Shown piece after piece: positions 7,519-17,918 of a stretch of DNA of 64,000 nt. Each line of letters starts with the position of its first letter. Position 1 is the first letter of the stretch. The position numbers and the translations under genes were made by a program. Under the pieces are notes generated by a model. The model did no database searches. It had not been told where the DNA came from and saw nothing but the letters and a program-made list of their open reading frames with translations. The stretch covers positions 957 to 64,956 of the forward strand of contig CAJTLY010000002.1 in assembly GCA_910577095.1 (NCBI GenBank), given 5' to 3'. Source of the DNA: an uncultured Alphaproteobacteria bacterium. Lineage in GTDB: Bacteria; Pseudomonadota; Alphaproteobacteria; RF32; CAG-239.

Positions 7519-8088
7519 TTACCAGTTGACCAAATGTTCCAGATAGGCATCGGCAAAAGACGGTCTCAGGTTTTGATAATCGAGATAATAGGCGTGTTCC
7601 CATACGTCAAGTGTCAGAAGCGGGATCAAACCGTGAGCAAGCGGCGTATCGGCGTTGGAGGTTTTAATCACTTTCAGCGTACCGTTGTCATCCGCCAGCC
7701 AGGCCCATCCGCTGCCAAATTGCGAAACCGCGGCATTTTTGAATTCCTGCTTAAAATTTTCAACCGAGCCGAAATCGCGTTCAATCCTTTCCTTCAGAGC
7801 GGCTGCGGGCTCTCCGCCGCCGTTCGGACGCATCGATTTCCAGAAAAAGTCGTGGTTCCATGCCTGAGCGGCATTGTTAAAAATTGCGACGGCTTCGGGT
7901 TTGTCAACGGTGGCACGAACAATCTCCTCCAAAGACATATTTTCGTACGGCGTGCCGGCAATCAGACGGTTCAGATTATCCACATAGGTTTTGTGATGCT
8001 TACCATAGTGAAACTCCATCGTTCGCTGAGAAATATAAGGTTCCAACGCATTGAGCGCATAGGGAAGCGCCGGTAATTCAAAAGCCAT
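7519..8088 (-). CDS. sodB: Fe-type superoxide dismutase
   Basis: MAFELPALPYALNALEPYIS..HYGKHH, then FNNAAQAWNHDFFW (Fe-type Gln position), then DVWEHAYYLDYQN. AGGAGG RBS. Confidence 0.9.
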   Translation of the reverse strand: MAFELPALPYALNALEPYISQRTMEFHYGKHHKTYVDNLNRLIAGTPYENMSLEEIVRATVDKPEAVAIFNNAAQAWNHDFFWKSMRPNGGGEPAAALKERIERDFGSVENFKQEFKNAAVSQFGSGWAWLADDNGTLKVIKTSNADTPLAHGLIPLLTLDVWEHAYYLDYQNLRPSFADAYLEHLVNW

Positions 8089-8193
8089 TTCGACCTCCTT
8101 AAACAAAAAATTAATCCGTCTTATATATAAGCACTTTCCGCTCCGTTTCATCAAGACAATTCTGCAAGATGTCCCGAAGCACGAAAAATATTG

Positions 8194-8228
8194 TTAATAA
8201 TTGTTAAAATTTCCACAAAAAAGTTAAC
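8194..8228. promoter_or_regulatory. phased TTAA motifs in the sodB/ctrA divergent intergenic region (possible CtrA or other regulator site)
   Basis: TTAA at 8194 and 8204, and TTAAC at 8224. The unit attgttaa is repeated directly with a 10-bp period. Confidence 0.2.
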
Positions 8229-8294
8229 ATTTATAATTTTGTCATATATGATGTCATCAAATAAGATAATATTGATCACCATGGAGGCTCAGTT

Positions 8295-8981
8295 ATGCGT
8301 GTTTTACTTGTTGAAGATGATTATGCGGTTTCTCAAAGCATTGAAACCATGCTGAAAAAAGAAGGCATGATTATCGACACCACCGATTTGGGCGAAGACG
8401 GTCTGGAGATCGGCAAGCTTTATGACTACGACATCATTATTCTCGACCTGATGCTTCCCGACATGAACGGTTATGAAGTTTTGAAACGGTTGCGTTCGGC
8501 CAAAATCGAAACGCCGGTCCTGATTCTTTCCGGCCTTACCGAACCTGACAAAAAAGTCAAAGGGCTGGGTTTCGGCGCCGACGACTATCTGACCAAACCG
8601 TTTGACCGCGCCGAACTTCTGGCCCGCATCCAGGCGGTGGTACGCCGTTCCAAAGGACATGCCAACTCGGTAATTCGGACCGGCGACGTCGAAGTCAACC
8701 TCGATACCCAAACCGTCAGCGTCAACGGCGAAACGCTGCATCTCACCGGCAAGGAATACGGAATTATGGAATTGTTGTCGCTGCGCAAAGGTTCGACACT
8801 CAATAAAGATCAGTTTCTCAATCACCTGTACGGCGGGATTGACGAGCCGGAATTGAAAATTATCGACGTTTTTATCTGCAAACTGCGTAAAAAGCTCGAA
8901 AAAGCTTCGGGCGGCAAAAACTATATCGAAACGGTATGGGGTCGCGGATACGTGTTACGGGATCCTGACGAAAAGCTCTGA
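8295..8981 (+). CDS. ctrA: cell-cycle response regulator CtrA (OmpR family)
   Basis: Long stretches match Caulobacter CtrA as remembered ([65 protein letters not shown]). Confidence 0.9.
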   Translation: MRVLLVEDDYAVSQSIETMLKKEGMIIDTTDLGEDGLEIGKLYDYDIIILDLMLPDMNGYEVLKRLRSAKIETPVLILSGLTEPDKKVKGLGFGADDYLTKPFDRAELLARIQAVVRRSKGHANSVIRTGDVEVNLDTQTVSVNGETLHLTGKEYGIMELLSLRKGSTLNKDQFLNHLYGGIDEPELKIIDVFICKLRKKLEKASGGKNYIETVWGRGYVLRDPDEKL

Positions 8982-9002
8982 GTTTTTGCCTGACAACTTA
9001 TG

Positions 9003-9030
9003 CCCCTTTTTGTTTTGAAAGGGGTATTTT
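9003..9030 (+). terminator. intrinsic terminator after ctrA
   Basis: CCCCTTT-ttgttttg-AAAGGGG followed by tatttt. Confidence 0.55.
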
Positions 9031-9169
9031 CATATCTATTATTTTTCCCGAATCTTAAACCTGTTCTTCAGCTCAAAAAGCAATTGTCCAACAAATGTTT
9101 TTTGATATTGACCGAACAAAAATTCATGTTAAATTTGCCACGAAAAGTTAATACAATAAGGAATATATC

Positions 9170-12100
9170 ATGATTAAAATTTCTCGATACGCTTTATTAT
9201 TAACCCTTTCCTGTCTGACACCGGTCACAGCCGGCGCCGCTTCTCCTACAGAAGGGGAAACGTATGAAGGACTTTCGGGCAATACTGGTCCTGCCGGTAT
9301 GAGTGCTTACGGAAATCTTATCAGCAAAGACAACACATTCAAAAACAATACTGCAACCAGTGGTGAAATTGGATCATGGCCAGGTGGCGGCGGTGCATTA
9401 TATGCATTGGAAAGCAGTAATGTTACAATTGAGAACGGCACTTTTGAAAGCAATAAGAGTACCGGAACCGGCAATGCCGGCGGCGGCGCGGTTTTGCTTT
9501 ATAAGATCAACGCCGGTTCCGTTACCGATTCTCATTTTACATCTAATAACGCTGCGCAAAACGGCGGTGCCATTCTTATGGATTCGGTTAAGGAAGGCTT
9601 TACCGTTTCCGGCTCCGATTTTACGTCCAACGAAGCATTAAACGGCGGTGCCGTTTATGTTACCGGCAGTCTGCCCGTCTTCGACAACGTAACCTTCAAA
9701 CAAAACCACGCTTCCGAAAACGGCGGTGCCGTCAACGTATGGCCGACCAACGGCGGTCTCGGAAGATCGGTAAAGATAAATAACGGCACTTTTGAAGGAA
9801 ATACGGCCGGTTCTCGCGGCGGCGGCATTTATGCCTGGGGTACGATCAACGCCGAAAACACTTCTTTCAGCGGCAACAGCGCGGCCCAAGGCGGCGGTAT
9901 ATATCTTGCCGACGACAGCGCCAACACTCTGACCAACGTTACATTTAAAGAAAACACGGCAGAAACGCTGGGCGGCGGTCTGGCAATTTCCAACGGTGCG
10001 GTTCAGATCAACAACGGCACCTTTGACAACAATACGGCTCAAACCCGCGGCGGTGCCATCTCTGTTTTGACCAACGGCGGCAGCGCTTCTTCGATGCATA
10101 CCGTTTTTATCATCAACAGCGATTTTACCGACAACAAAGCCGAACAGGACGGCGGCGCCATTCATGTTAACGTTTCTCCCACCGCGCCGGGACTGAACAT
10201 GTTTCACATTACTTCCAACGACGGTACCACCCATAAGTTCAGCGGCAATCGTCATCGGACCAATACTTTCGGGCAAAAGGAAGAATCCAATGCCATTTTC
10301 ATTGAAAACGGCGAAGTGGCGTTAATAACCGCCAACGAAGGCAGCCGGCTGCTGTTCAACGACGGTATCGCCGGCAGCAACATCAGCAAAGCCAAGGTCT
10401 CGGCAAACGGCAACATTACTTTTAACGACAAGGTTAAAAACGTCGATTTGACCCTTGCCGGCGGCGAACTGATGCTGAATGATGTTGAAACCCGTCTTAC
10501 TTCAACCGACAATATTCTAGACAATGTCAAGCTTTCCTTAAACAAAGGAACGCTTAACATGCAAAACGGCGAACTGGATACTCTCAACATCACTGATTTC
10601 TCTGCCAAAGAAGACGTTTCGATCGCTTTTGACGCCGACTTGGCTACCGGCAAAAGCGATTACTTCAATGTTTCCGGCACCATGAGCGGCGGTTTGAAAT
10701 TTGACGCCGAACATTTCAATGTCAACTTCACCGACGGCGATGCCGCCGGTTTCCAGCTGTTTAACAAGCTGAGCAACGGTTTTTCCCTGGCCGGCGATGC
10801 GATCGTTCGTTTCACCGACGACGTCAAATACACCATGACCTTGGGTGAAAACGGATTTGTCAACGTCGAACGCGACACTTCCCGCGGCCTGTCCGACGCC
10901 GTAGCTGCCGAAGGTGTCCGGGAATTTCGTCCCGAAACGCCCAAAGACATTAAACTGTCCGCCGACCTCGGTCAGATGAACGGCGAATATCTGAAAGTTC
11001 AGCTCGACAATATGGGATTGGACGGTAACGGTCACAGCGGTTTGACTGTCGGTGCCGACCAACGGCTCGAACTGGTCGATATCGGCTCTGAAGAAGACGA
11101 CAAAGCCGTTACCGGTTTCAATTCGCTGAACGGCGGCGCCGTCCGCGGCGATGCCGGAAGTGAAATGACGATTGTCAATTCTTCGTTTGTCAATAACCAT
11201 GCCGAAGAAAACGGCGGCGCCGTCTGGTCGGACGGAATCGTCAATATTTCGGCAACCGACGGCAATTTTTCCCGTTTTGCCGGAAACACGGCCGGTGACA
11301 ACTCCAACGCCGTTTATATGGCAAACGCCGAGGGCAAGCTGAACATTAAAGCCGACGACGGAACCGTCACCTTCAACGATGCCGTCAACGGTGTCAAAGG
11401 CTATGAAATTAACATTGCCGGAACCGAAGCCGGAAAGGTTAATTTTAACAATGACGTCGAAAATGTCGGCAAAGTAAACATCAACGGCGCTCAGGTCCGT
11501 CTGAACACCGACAGCCGCATGAACGGCGCCGAGATCGCGCTTAACGGCGGCGCTTTGCATCTGGACAACGATATGATCAGCAACAAGGCTTCTTTCAAAA
11601 GCCTGAGCGGCGGCAACGGCGTTTTGCACATTGACGTTGACGAAGCCAACCGCAATGCGGATCAAATCGCAGTCGAAAATCTGCACGGAACCGTAAACGT
11701 TATCGGTCACAACATCTCGGTTGAACAAGCCCGGGCAATCCCGCAGGTCGGCACCAATGAAAAAACCGATACGGAAAATGCTTCCGACGATCAAATCAAG
11801 TTTGCAGAAGTTGCAACGTCCGGCGACGGCCGCTTCAACGTCTTGCGGGTTGAAAACAGCGCTTATGAATGGAACACCGTTTCTTCTGAAAATCAGGACG
11901 GTTCAACCGACTGGCTGATGGCAATCAAAAAAGATCCTCAAGGCCAAAAGACCGTGGTAGCGGAAGTTCCCGCCTATATGAGCCTGACCGGCGCCGGTTT
12001 TGAACAAACCCGTAACCTGGTCCGTCATATTGAAGATCAGACCGCGGCTGCCAAAACATACAGCCCGGTATGCAACGGATATTATGATTACGCCTATAAC

Positions 12101-12898
12101 GGCAAACCGCTTTACAATGTATGGGTATCCCCGACATACAACAGTGCTTCCGTAGACTCTCCGGCCAAATTCGACGCCGATGTTTACGGCGTGGAAGCCG
12201 GCGGCGACGTTCAACAGGATGCCAACAACCGTTTGGGCGTTTTTGCTTCGTATCGTCACGGCAAATATGACGTCGACGGCAAAAACAAATTCTTTGCGGC
12301 CGAAAAATCCAGCGACATCGACATTGACAGTTATCTGGCCGGTTTGTATTACCGCCATGACCGTCAAAACCTGTGGGCAATGGCAACCGTCTTCGGCGGC
12401 ATTCAAAAAGCCGACCTCAAAACGTCCGACGGCATCAAAGCCGATTCCGACGCGACCGAACTGGGTGCGGCATTACGCGGCGGTTACAGTTTCAAACTGT
12501 CCGACACCTTAGTACTGGAACCTCAGGTCGGTGCCGCCTATACGATGATCGACTGGGATGACATTAACGACGGTTATAAAAACGCCCGTTACGGTGCCGC
12601 TTCCTTATGGGAACTGGAAGCCGGAGTCAAACTTGAAAAAACAATGTCTCTGCGCGGCGAAACCGCCAAATGGTACATCAAACCGAGTATCATTAAAACT
12701 TTTGCCGACAATGACAAAGTTGACATCAGCGGTTTGAACTCAATCCGTACCATGGACGACAACACGTTGGGAAGAATTGCCGGCGGTGTGGTCTATCAGC
12801 TCAACAACCGGTTGAACGTTTACGGAAACGCCGGATATACTTTCGGTGACGATTACGAAAACGTTTCGGCTGATATCGGTCTGAGCTACGCTTTCTAA
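9170..12898 (+). CDS. autotransporter with a Pmp-repeat (FxxN / GGA[ILV]) passenger and a C-terminal beta-barrel
   Basis: Signal peptide. At least 10 units of the F-x-x-N ... GGA(I/V/L) type (FTSNNAAQNGGAILM, FKQNHASENGGAVNV, FDNNTAQTRGGAISV and others). C-terminal barrel ending in GLSYAF. Confidence 0.85.
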   Translation: MIKISRYALLLTLSCLTPVTAGAASPTEGETYEGLSGNTGPAGMSAYGNLISKDNTFKNNTATSGEIGSWPGGGGALYALESSNVTIENGTFESNKSTGTGNAGGGAVLLYKINAGSVTDSHFTSNNAAQNGGAILMDSVKEGFTVSGSDFTSNEALNGGAVYVTGSLPVFDNVTFKQNHASENGGAVNVWPTNGGLGRSVKINNGTFEGNTAGSRGGGIYAWGTINAENTSFSGNSAAQGGGIYLADDSANTLTNVTFKENTAETLGGGLAISNGAVQINNGTFDNNTAQTRGGAISVLTNGGSASSMHTVFIINSDFTDNKAEQDGGAIHVNVSPTAPGLNMFHITSNDGTTHKFSGNRHRTNTFGQKEESNAIFIENGEVALITANEGSRLLFNDGIAGSNISKAKVSANGNITFNDKVKNVDLTLAGGELMLNDVETRLTSTDNILDNVKLSLNKGTLNMQNGELDTLNITDFSAKEDVSIAFDADLATGKSDYFNVSGTMSGGLKFDAEHFNVNFTDGDAAGFQLFNKLSNGFSLAGDAIVRFTDDVKYTMTLGENGFVNVERDTSRGLSDAVAAEGVREFRPETPKDIKLSADLGQMNGEYLKVQLDNMGLDGNGHSGLTVGADQRLELVDIGSEEDDKAVTGFNSLNGGAVRGDAGSEMTIVNSSFVNNHAEENGGAVWSDGIVNISATDGNFSRFAGNTAGDNSNAVYMANAEGKLNIKADDGTVTFNDAVNGVKGYEINIAGTEAGKVNFNNDVENVGKVNINGAQVRLNTDSRMNGAEIALNGGALHLDNDMISNKASFKSLSGGNGVLHIDVDEANRNADQIAVENLHGTVNVIGHNISVEQARAIPQVGTNEKTDTENASDDQIKFAEVATSGDGRFNVLRVENSAYEWNTVSSENQDGSTDWLMAIKKDPQGQKTVVAEVPAYMSLTGAGFEQTRNLVRHIEDQTAAAKTYSPVCNGYYDYAYNGKPLYNVWVSPTYNSASVDSPAKFDADVYGVEAGGDVQQDANNRLGVFASYRHGKYDVDGKNKFFAAEKSSDIDIDSYLAGLYYRHDRQNLWAMATVFGGIQKADLKTSDGIKADSDATELGAALRGGYSFKLSDTLVLEPQVGAAYTMIDWDDINDGYKNARYGAASLWELEAGVKLEKTMSLRGETAKWYIKPSIIKTFADNDKVDISGLNSIRTMDDNTLGRIAGGVVYQLNNRLNVYGNAGYTFGDDYENVSADIGLSYAF

Positions 12899-12911
12899 AG
12901 AGACGAAGCAA

Positions 12912-12943
12912 AAGAAAAAGGCGGATGACATCCGCCTTTTTTT
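12912..12943. terminator. bidirectional intrinsic terminator
   Basis: GGCGGATG-a-CATCCGCC is flanked by an A-run and a T-run, between convergent genes. Confidence 0.65.
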
Positions 12944-13016
12944 GTATCAAATTCCGTTCGCTTCGCAAATAACCGACGTTTTCTTCCCCTTCCCGGTTTC
13001 CGAACCTTGCCGCTGT

Positions 13017-13583
13017 TTAAGCGCAGCCGGTTCGCATACAAATGCGGTTAACGTCAAATCCCAGTTCATCGATAGCCCGCTGCCATTTCAGATCATCCCG
13101 GGTCTTGAACAACAGTTCCGGGGTCGGGTCGACCACCAGCCAGTTATTATAAATTATCTCGCTTTCCAGCTGTTTCGGACTCCAACTGCTGTAACCGAGC
13201 GCAATCAGATTGTAGCGCGGCCCCTTGCCGAAAGCGATATCGTTCAAAACGCCCAACGACGACGACACTGCAAACTGATCGTCAATCGGCAGCGTTCCCT
13301 CCTTGTCATAATCGCGGCTGTGCAGGACAAAACCGCGGATTTTTTCAAGCGGGCCGCCCTGATGCAAAATCACCGGCTCGGGCGGAGAAACCCGGGCGAC
13401 GTTAAACTGTCCCATCAAATCGGAAAAATAAAATTCTTTAAGCTGCTTGTTAACCATAAAGCCCATCGCGCCTTCCTGATTATGCATACAGATGTAGACA
13501 ACCGACTGCGCAAACAGGTCGTCGTCTACCTGAGGCATTGAAACCAGACACTTTCCGGTTAGATAATTATTGACCATTTTCAT
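13017..13583 (-). CDS. YqgE/AlgH family protein (UPF0301)
   Basis: LFAQSVVYICMHNQEGAMGFMVNK ... GGPLE ... FVLHS is a typical AlgH pattern. The start is ambiguous (13583 or 13577). Confidence 0.75.
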   Translation of the reverse strand: MKMVNNYLTGKCLVSMPQVDDDLFAQSVVYICMHNQEGAMGFMVNKQLKEFYFSDLMGQFNVARVSPPEPVILHQGGPLEKIRGFVLHSRDYDKEGTLPIDDQFAVSSSLGVLNDIAFGKGPRYNLIALGYSSWSPKQLESEIIYNNWLVVDPTPELLFKTRDDLKWQRAIDELGFDVNRICMRTGCA

Positions 13584-13666
13584 ACGCACTATTACTATTT
13601 GTTAAACCATATTATATATAATAACATGAACTATAGTGTTTTTAAACAGTCAAATAAGCGGAACCG

Positions 13667-16360
13667 ATGAAAAAATTTTTTAATCTGATTTTACTGCTGG
13701 CGTTTTTTTTCCCGCTCTGCTCCGCCGGAGCCGAAGAAAAATCGGCTGTCATCCTGGAGTTGGACGAGCGTCCGCCGCTTCAGCCGCTTGAGACGGAGGA
13801 AATCGTCAACCGTTTTATCGACACCGCCAAATATTTTGACAGTCAGTATCCCGGAGACAAAATCGAACAAGACTTTCGCGAAGACGTTGCCCGCCAGTTT
13901 CCCGCCCTCAGCGCGCAAGAAGTCTATGACTACGAAGATTATATCCGCAGCGGGATGAGAATTTACCGTTATTTTAAAGGCATTTACGACCGTTATGTCG
14001 AAGCCGCCCTCACCCCCGAAGAACCGCCGCTGATCGCCGAAGATCACGAATATGACCTCTCCGGCCCCAAAAGTGACTATATTGATGCCGACGGAACCGT
14101 CGTCATTCAGGATTTTAAAAAAATCATTTCTTACAGCCAAAATCCGCGCGAAATTAAAGCATACCGAGCCAAGTTTGCCCGTGACGCCGAAAAAGGAAGC
14201 AAAAAAGACGACTTTGCCGAACTTGGCTATATCTTTTCCAAACTGGAATTCAAAAAACTTTTATTTTACGACGTTTTGTACGAAAATCCTTTCACCGGCC
14301 AACGCGGAATCGGCGACTGGGAGAAACAAGACAACTTTAAAATCCGTCTGATCAGCGAACAGAGCGGAATCCCCGCCAACAATCAAATTCGGGGCCTTAT
14401 TCACCTGCTGATTCCTTCCCGGCAACTGGTTACCGCGGTTGACGGCGGTCTTCACTTCAAGCCGAAGATCGGTTTTGAGCGCTCGCAAAATTTGGGACAA
14501 ATCGAATATACGATGCCGCTGCCGACCCGGCGTGCCAACGCTTCCGAAGACCACGGCGTTTATGTCGGAGAAATTGCGGTTCCCTTCAGCGCCGAAGCCG
14601 CCGATCCGCAAAAGGAAATGATTTTGCAGGCCGATATTGAACTTGAGCTCTGCGATCTGTCCGATCAATGTGAAAAGACCGCCTTTTCACCCGCCTTAAA
14701 GCTCCTTCCCGGCTATGAAAGAGACAGTTCCGTTGCAACCTATGTGCGGATGATGTTTAACTTTTTGTCTCCCCGGCCGCAAAGCGAAGTCAAATTGCTT
14801 TCTTTTAACCGCGAAACCACACCCGACGGCAAAGAAACGCTGTTGTTGCGGTTTGAAAGCCCTGAGGAAATCGAATCGTTCAATATTTTTGCCGGCAACC
14901 GCGACGGCATAAGCTTTGAGCGACCGCGCGTCAGCATTGACGGCAAAAAAGCGCTGATACGTTTGCTTCCGCTTGAAAACAGCGTCAGTACCGCCGGACG
15001 GGAATTTGAAATCACCGGCGAAGTCAATCGCAAATATGCTTTCCGCCAAACGCTGATTCCTGTTGACGGTCCGGTTCCGCTTTCCGATCACAACGGTTTT
15101 TCGTGGCTGATTTTATTCGCTGCCGTTGCAGGCGGTTTGCTGTTGAACTTCATGCCGTGCGTTTTTCCGGTTCTGTCGCTTAAACTGTTGTCGCTTACCA
15201 AGTTTGGTGCCCGTAACGCCGCGGCGGTTCGTCGCAACTTTTTCTGCACTTTGATCGGCATATGGAGTGCTTTCGTCCTGTTGGCTCTGTTTTTGGCGGC
15301 TTTGAAATGGTCCGGTTATGTTATCGGTTGGGGAATGCAATTTCAGAATCCCTGGTTTATCAGTCTGATCTTTTTCGCCGTTTTGCTGTTTATCGCCCAA
15401 ATTTGGGGAATTGTCGAAATCAAAATGCCGCTCCGGCTCAACTGCCCGGCAAGCAACGGCCGTGAAAACAGTCTGCTGCATTTTATGACCGGAAGTTTCG
15501 TCGTATTGATGTCCACCCCCTGCACTGCTCCTTATCTCGGCACGGCAATCGGTTTTGCTCTGGCCGGAAGTTATTTTGACCTTTTTACCGTTTTGGCCGG
15601 GGTGGCGTTCGGCTTATCGTTGCCTTATCTTCTGGTTTATCTGCTGCCGGGGCTGGCAATTATGATCCCGCCGCCGGGACCGTGGATGAAAAAAGTGAGC
15701 CGCTTTATGCTGCTGATGTTGTTTCTCACGCTGGCATGGCTGCTGCACGTGGTTTATGTGCAATCGGGAACCGGCTTTACCGTACGCTTGATTTTCTACG
15801 CGCTGCTGTTTTGGCTTATTCTGTGGCTGCGCGATTTCAGCAGTCATCTAGAATACGAACAGTTGTCCGTACAGTCACGCGCCCGGGCCATCCGGTGGTT
15901 CAACGTCTTTTTTGCCGCTTTGGCCGTACTCCTGTTTATCGGTGCTTCCGTCGACGGTTATTATGCCGCCCGCCGCCGTCACCGACAAAACCCAAACACT
16001 GCTTCCGTATCGGTTATCAACCGGCAAATAAACGCTTATGTACAACAGGGAAAAACCGTTATCGTCGCCGTTGACGCCGACTGGTGCCTAACCTGCCGTT
16101 ATAACGACGTCATGGTTTTCAAAAACCCCGCCGTCGTTCAGAAATTAAAATCACATCAGGTCGCCGTCATCAACGTCGACTGGACAATCAGCAATCCGGA
16201 AACGGCGGAATTTATGAAAAAATACGGACGCAGCGGTTTGCCGTTTTATATTCTGTTCAGCCCGCTGGTCCCCGACGGCATGGTGCTGCCGGAACTTTTG
16301 AACGAACAGGATTTAAACCAACTGATCGACAATATGAGCCTGTCTATGCCAACGCTTTGA
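13667..16360 (+). CDS. DsbD/ScsB-family thiol:disulfide reductase (large N-terminal periplasmic domain, DsbD membrane core, C-terminal thioredoxin)
   Basis: Signal peptide, a multi-TM core with Cys ([22 protein letters not shown]), and a C-terminal WCLTCRYN thioredoxin motif. Confidence 0.8.
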   Translation: MKKFFNLILLLAFFFPLCSAGAEEKSAVILELDERPPLQPLETEEIVNRFIDTAKYFDSQYPGDKIEQDFREDVARQFPALSAQEVYDYEDYIRSGMRIYRYFKGIYDRYVEAALTPEEPPLIAEDHEYDLSGPKSDYIDADGTVVIQDFKKIISYSQNPREIKAYRAKFARDAEKGSKKDDFAELGYIFSKLEFKKLLFYDVLYENPFTGQRGIGDWEKQDNFKIRLISEQSGIPANNQIRGLIHLLIPSRQLVTAVDGGLHFKPKIGFERSQNLGQIEYTMPLPTRRANASEDHGVYVGEIAVPFSAEAADPQKEMILQADIELELCDLSDQCEKTAFSPALKLLPGYERDSSVATYVRMMFNFLSPRPQSEVKLLSFNRETTPDGKETLLLRFESPEEIESFNIFAGNRDGISFERPRVSIDGKKALIRLLPLENSVSTAGREFEITGEVNRKYAFRQTLIPVDGPVPLSDHNGFSWLILFAAVAGGLLLNFMPCVFPVLSLKLLSLTKFGARNAAAVRRNFFCTLIGIWSAFVLLALFLAALKWSGYVIGWGMQFQNPWFISLIFFAVLLFIAQIWGIVEIKMPLRLNCPASNGRENSLLHFMTGSFVVLMSTPCTAPYLGTAIGFALAGSYFDLFTVLAGVAFGLSLPYLLVYLLPGLAIMIPPPGPWMKKVSRFMLLMLFLTLAWLLHVVYVQSGTGFTVRLIFYALLFWLILWLRDFSSHLEYEQLSVQSRARAIRWFNVFFAALAVLLFIGASVDGYYAARRRHRQNPNTASVSVINRQINAYVQQGKTVIVAVDADWCLTCRYNDVMVFKNPAVVQKLKSHQVAVINVDWTISNPETAEFMKKYGRSGLPFYILFSPLVPDGMVLPELLNEQDLNQLIDNMSLSMPTL

Positions 16361-16781
16361 TCGCGTTGCGCGCCAACTCGTCCACACGTTCGTTTTCGCA
16401 GTGGCCGGCGTGTCCTTTCACCCATACCCAGCGAATTTCGTGATCAGCAATCATCTGATCCAGCTGCTGCCACAAATCGATATTTTTGACCGGCGTTTTC
16501 TTGTTGCTGGTTTTCCAACCGTTGTTTTTCCAGTTGGGCAGCCAGCGCGTTACGCCGTCCATGACATATTTGCTGTCGGTGTACAAAGTGATGTTACAGG
16601 AAGTTTTTAAGGCTTGCAGGGCCCTGATAACCGCAGTCAGTTCCATGCGGTTGTTGGTGGTTTCCTTCTCGCCGCCGGACAATTCTTTTTCGACCTCACG
16701 GCAACGCAGCAACGCGCCCCATCCGCCCGGTCCCGGATTGCCGGAACAGGCGCCGTCGGTAAAAATCTCGACCCGTACCAT
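16344..16781 (-). CDS. rnhA: ribonuclease HI
   Basis: [17 protein letters not shown] ... TNNRMEL ... YTDSKYV ... [13 protein letters not shown]. Confidence 0.9.
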   Translation of the reverse strand: MVRVEIFTDGACSGNPGPGGWGALLRCREVEKELSGGEKETTNNRMELTAVIRALQALKTSCNITLYTDSKYVMDGVTRWLPNWKNNGWKTSNKKTPVKNIDLWQQLDQMIADHEIRWVWVKGHAGHCENERVDELARNAIKALA

Positions 16782-16782
16782 T

Positions 16783-17850
16783 TCAAAGTTCTCCGCTTAA
16801 AAATTCGCTGAAAAACTCATTGAGCAGCAAATGCGCGCTGCCGTCCTCGCGGATTGCCCGCGCGACAAACGAGCGCAGACGGTTTTTCGGCACATAAATA
16901 CGGAAGTTGCGCGGTGCCGTACCGTCGGCGCCGATAACGCCGTCAAGCAGAAAGTCTTCTTCAATATACGGCGAAAGAATAATTTCCATGTTGGCAAAGC
17001 GGACAATACTGCGCGGCGGTACCCGCAGCTCGGGACGGGTAATAATATTCAACTGCCCTTCCAGCCCCGGAATGCTGTCCATCTGGTTATAATTGAGAAA
17101 ACGCACCTTGTTATATTCGCCGCCGTCCGAACTGACGGTACAGGACAAATAAAGCTCGCGGGCAATCACGTTGCTCTGATTATGGCCGCGTACCGCAAAA
17201 CTGATTTTCAGATATTTTTCCGGAGGCGAATCAATGCTGCTGGGATACAGAATATCGGCTTCGCTGTTTTCCAGAACCGCCAGCTGTTTGTCGGTCAGCA
17301 TCAAATCGATCTCCGCCTGCGGCCGGCGACCGAACATCCCTGCCAGCACCGAATAAGGCGCCGGAACATTGTTGGAGCCTGAACGAATATAAAAATTGTT
17401 GCCGATGGTGGTCATCAGCGGCGCCACTTCCGACTTCGGAATATAAGTGGCGACAAAACCGTCCCCGTTCTCGTCAACACTGACAATATGGTTGCGTACC
17501 CGGTTGTGGCTGGGGATTGTGCAACCGGAAATTGCATTTTCCAGCCAGCTTAAAAAACGATGCACGTTTTGCACTTTCATTTTGGCACGCGCAACGTCTC
17601 CGACCTCAATATTGCGAGAGCATTCCACTCCCCATATCAGCACCCCGCCCTCGGAATTTCCGAATCCCGAAATCGCTTTGGCCAGATTGCGGCGATCGTC
17701 TTTATGAAGCGCCGTTCCGTTTTTGCCCGAAGAATCGGCGCGTTTAAAGTCGAGGAACAATTCTTCCGTCTGCGAATTGACAATATATTCGTCAATCGCT
17801 TCCTCTCCGAAATAAATCAGTTTTTGAAAAATATCCTCGGCGCGCGACAT
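16783..17850 (-). CDS. AlbA_2/Schlafen-type DNA-binding-domain protein with an unknown C-terminal half
   Basis: EELFLDFKR ... [20 protein letters not shown] is the AlbA_2 (formerly AAA_4) signature. ATG at 17850 with a GGAGGA RBS. Confidence 0.65.
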   Translation of the reverse strand: MSRAEDIFQKLIYFGEEAIDEYIVNSQTEELFLDFKRADSSGKNGTALHKDDRRNLAKAISGFGNSEGGVLIWGVECSRNIEVGDVARAKMKVQNVHRFLSWLENAISGCTIPSHNRVRNHIVSVDENGDGFVATYIPKSEVAPLMTTIGNNFYIRSGSNNVPAPYSVLAGMFGRRPQAEIDLMLTDKQLAVLENSEADILYPSSIDSPPEKYLKISFAVRGHNQSNVIARELYLSCTVSSDGGEYNKVRFLNYNQMDSIPGLEGQLNIITRPELRVPPRSIVRFANMEIILSPYIEEDFLLDGVIGADGTAPRNFRIYVPKNRLRSFVARAIREDGSAHLLLNEFFSEFLSGEL

Positions 17851-17918
17851 GGCCTTCCTCCGTTGCCTGTTATCTTTTCCCGGACAGTATAGCGGGGAAA
17901 TCTTAATTTTGATATAAT

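Noticed and set aside
7291-8076. 261-aa plus-strand ORF
   Set aside because: It is entirely antisense to the well-supported sodB and the neighbouring hypothetical gene, with no motif.
8194-8207. Calling the TTAA pair a canonical CtrA box
   Set aside because: The spacing is N6 and not the N7 of the established TTAA-N7-TTAA consensus. I report it only as a low-confidence regulatory candidate.
9303-12931. Many long ORFs antisense to or out of frame with the Pmp autotransporter (for example 10538-11794, 418 aa)
   Set aside because: These are shadow ORFs of a long, repeat-rich, GC-biased gene. Their translations are low-complexity, and the sense frame has clear signal peptide, repeat and barrel logic.
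12942-13541. 199-aa plus-strand ORF
   Set aside because: It is antisense to the AlgH/YqgE gene, which has clear family motifs.
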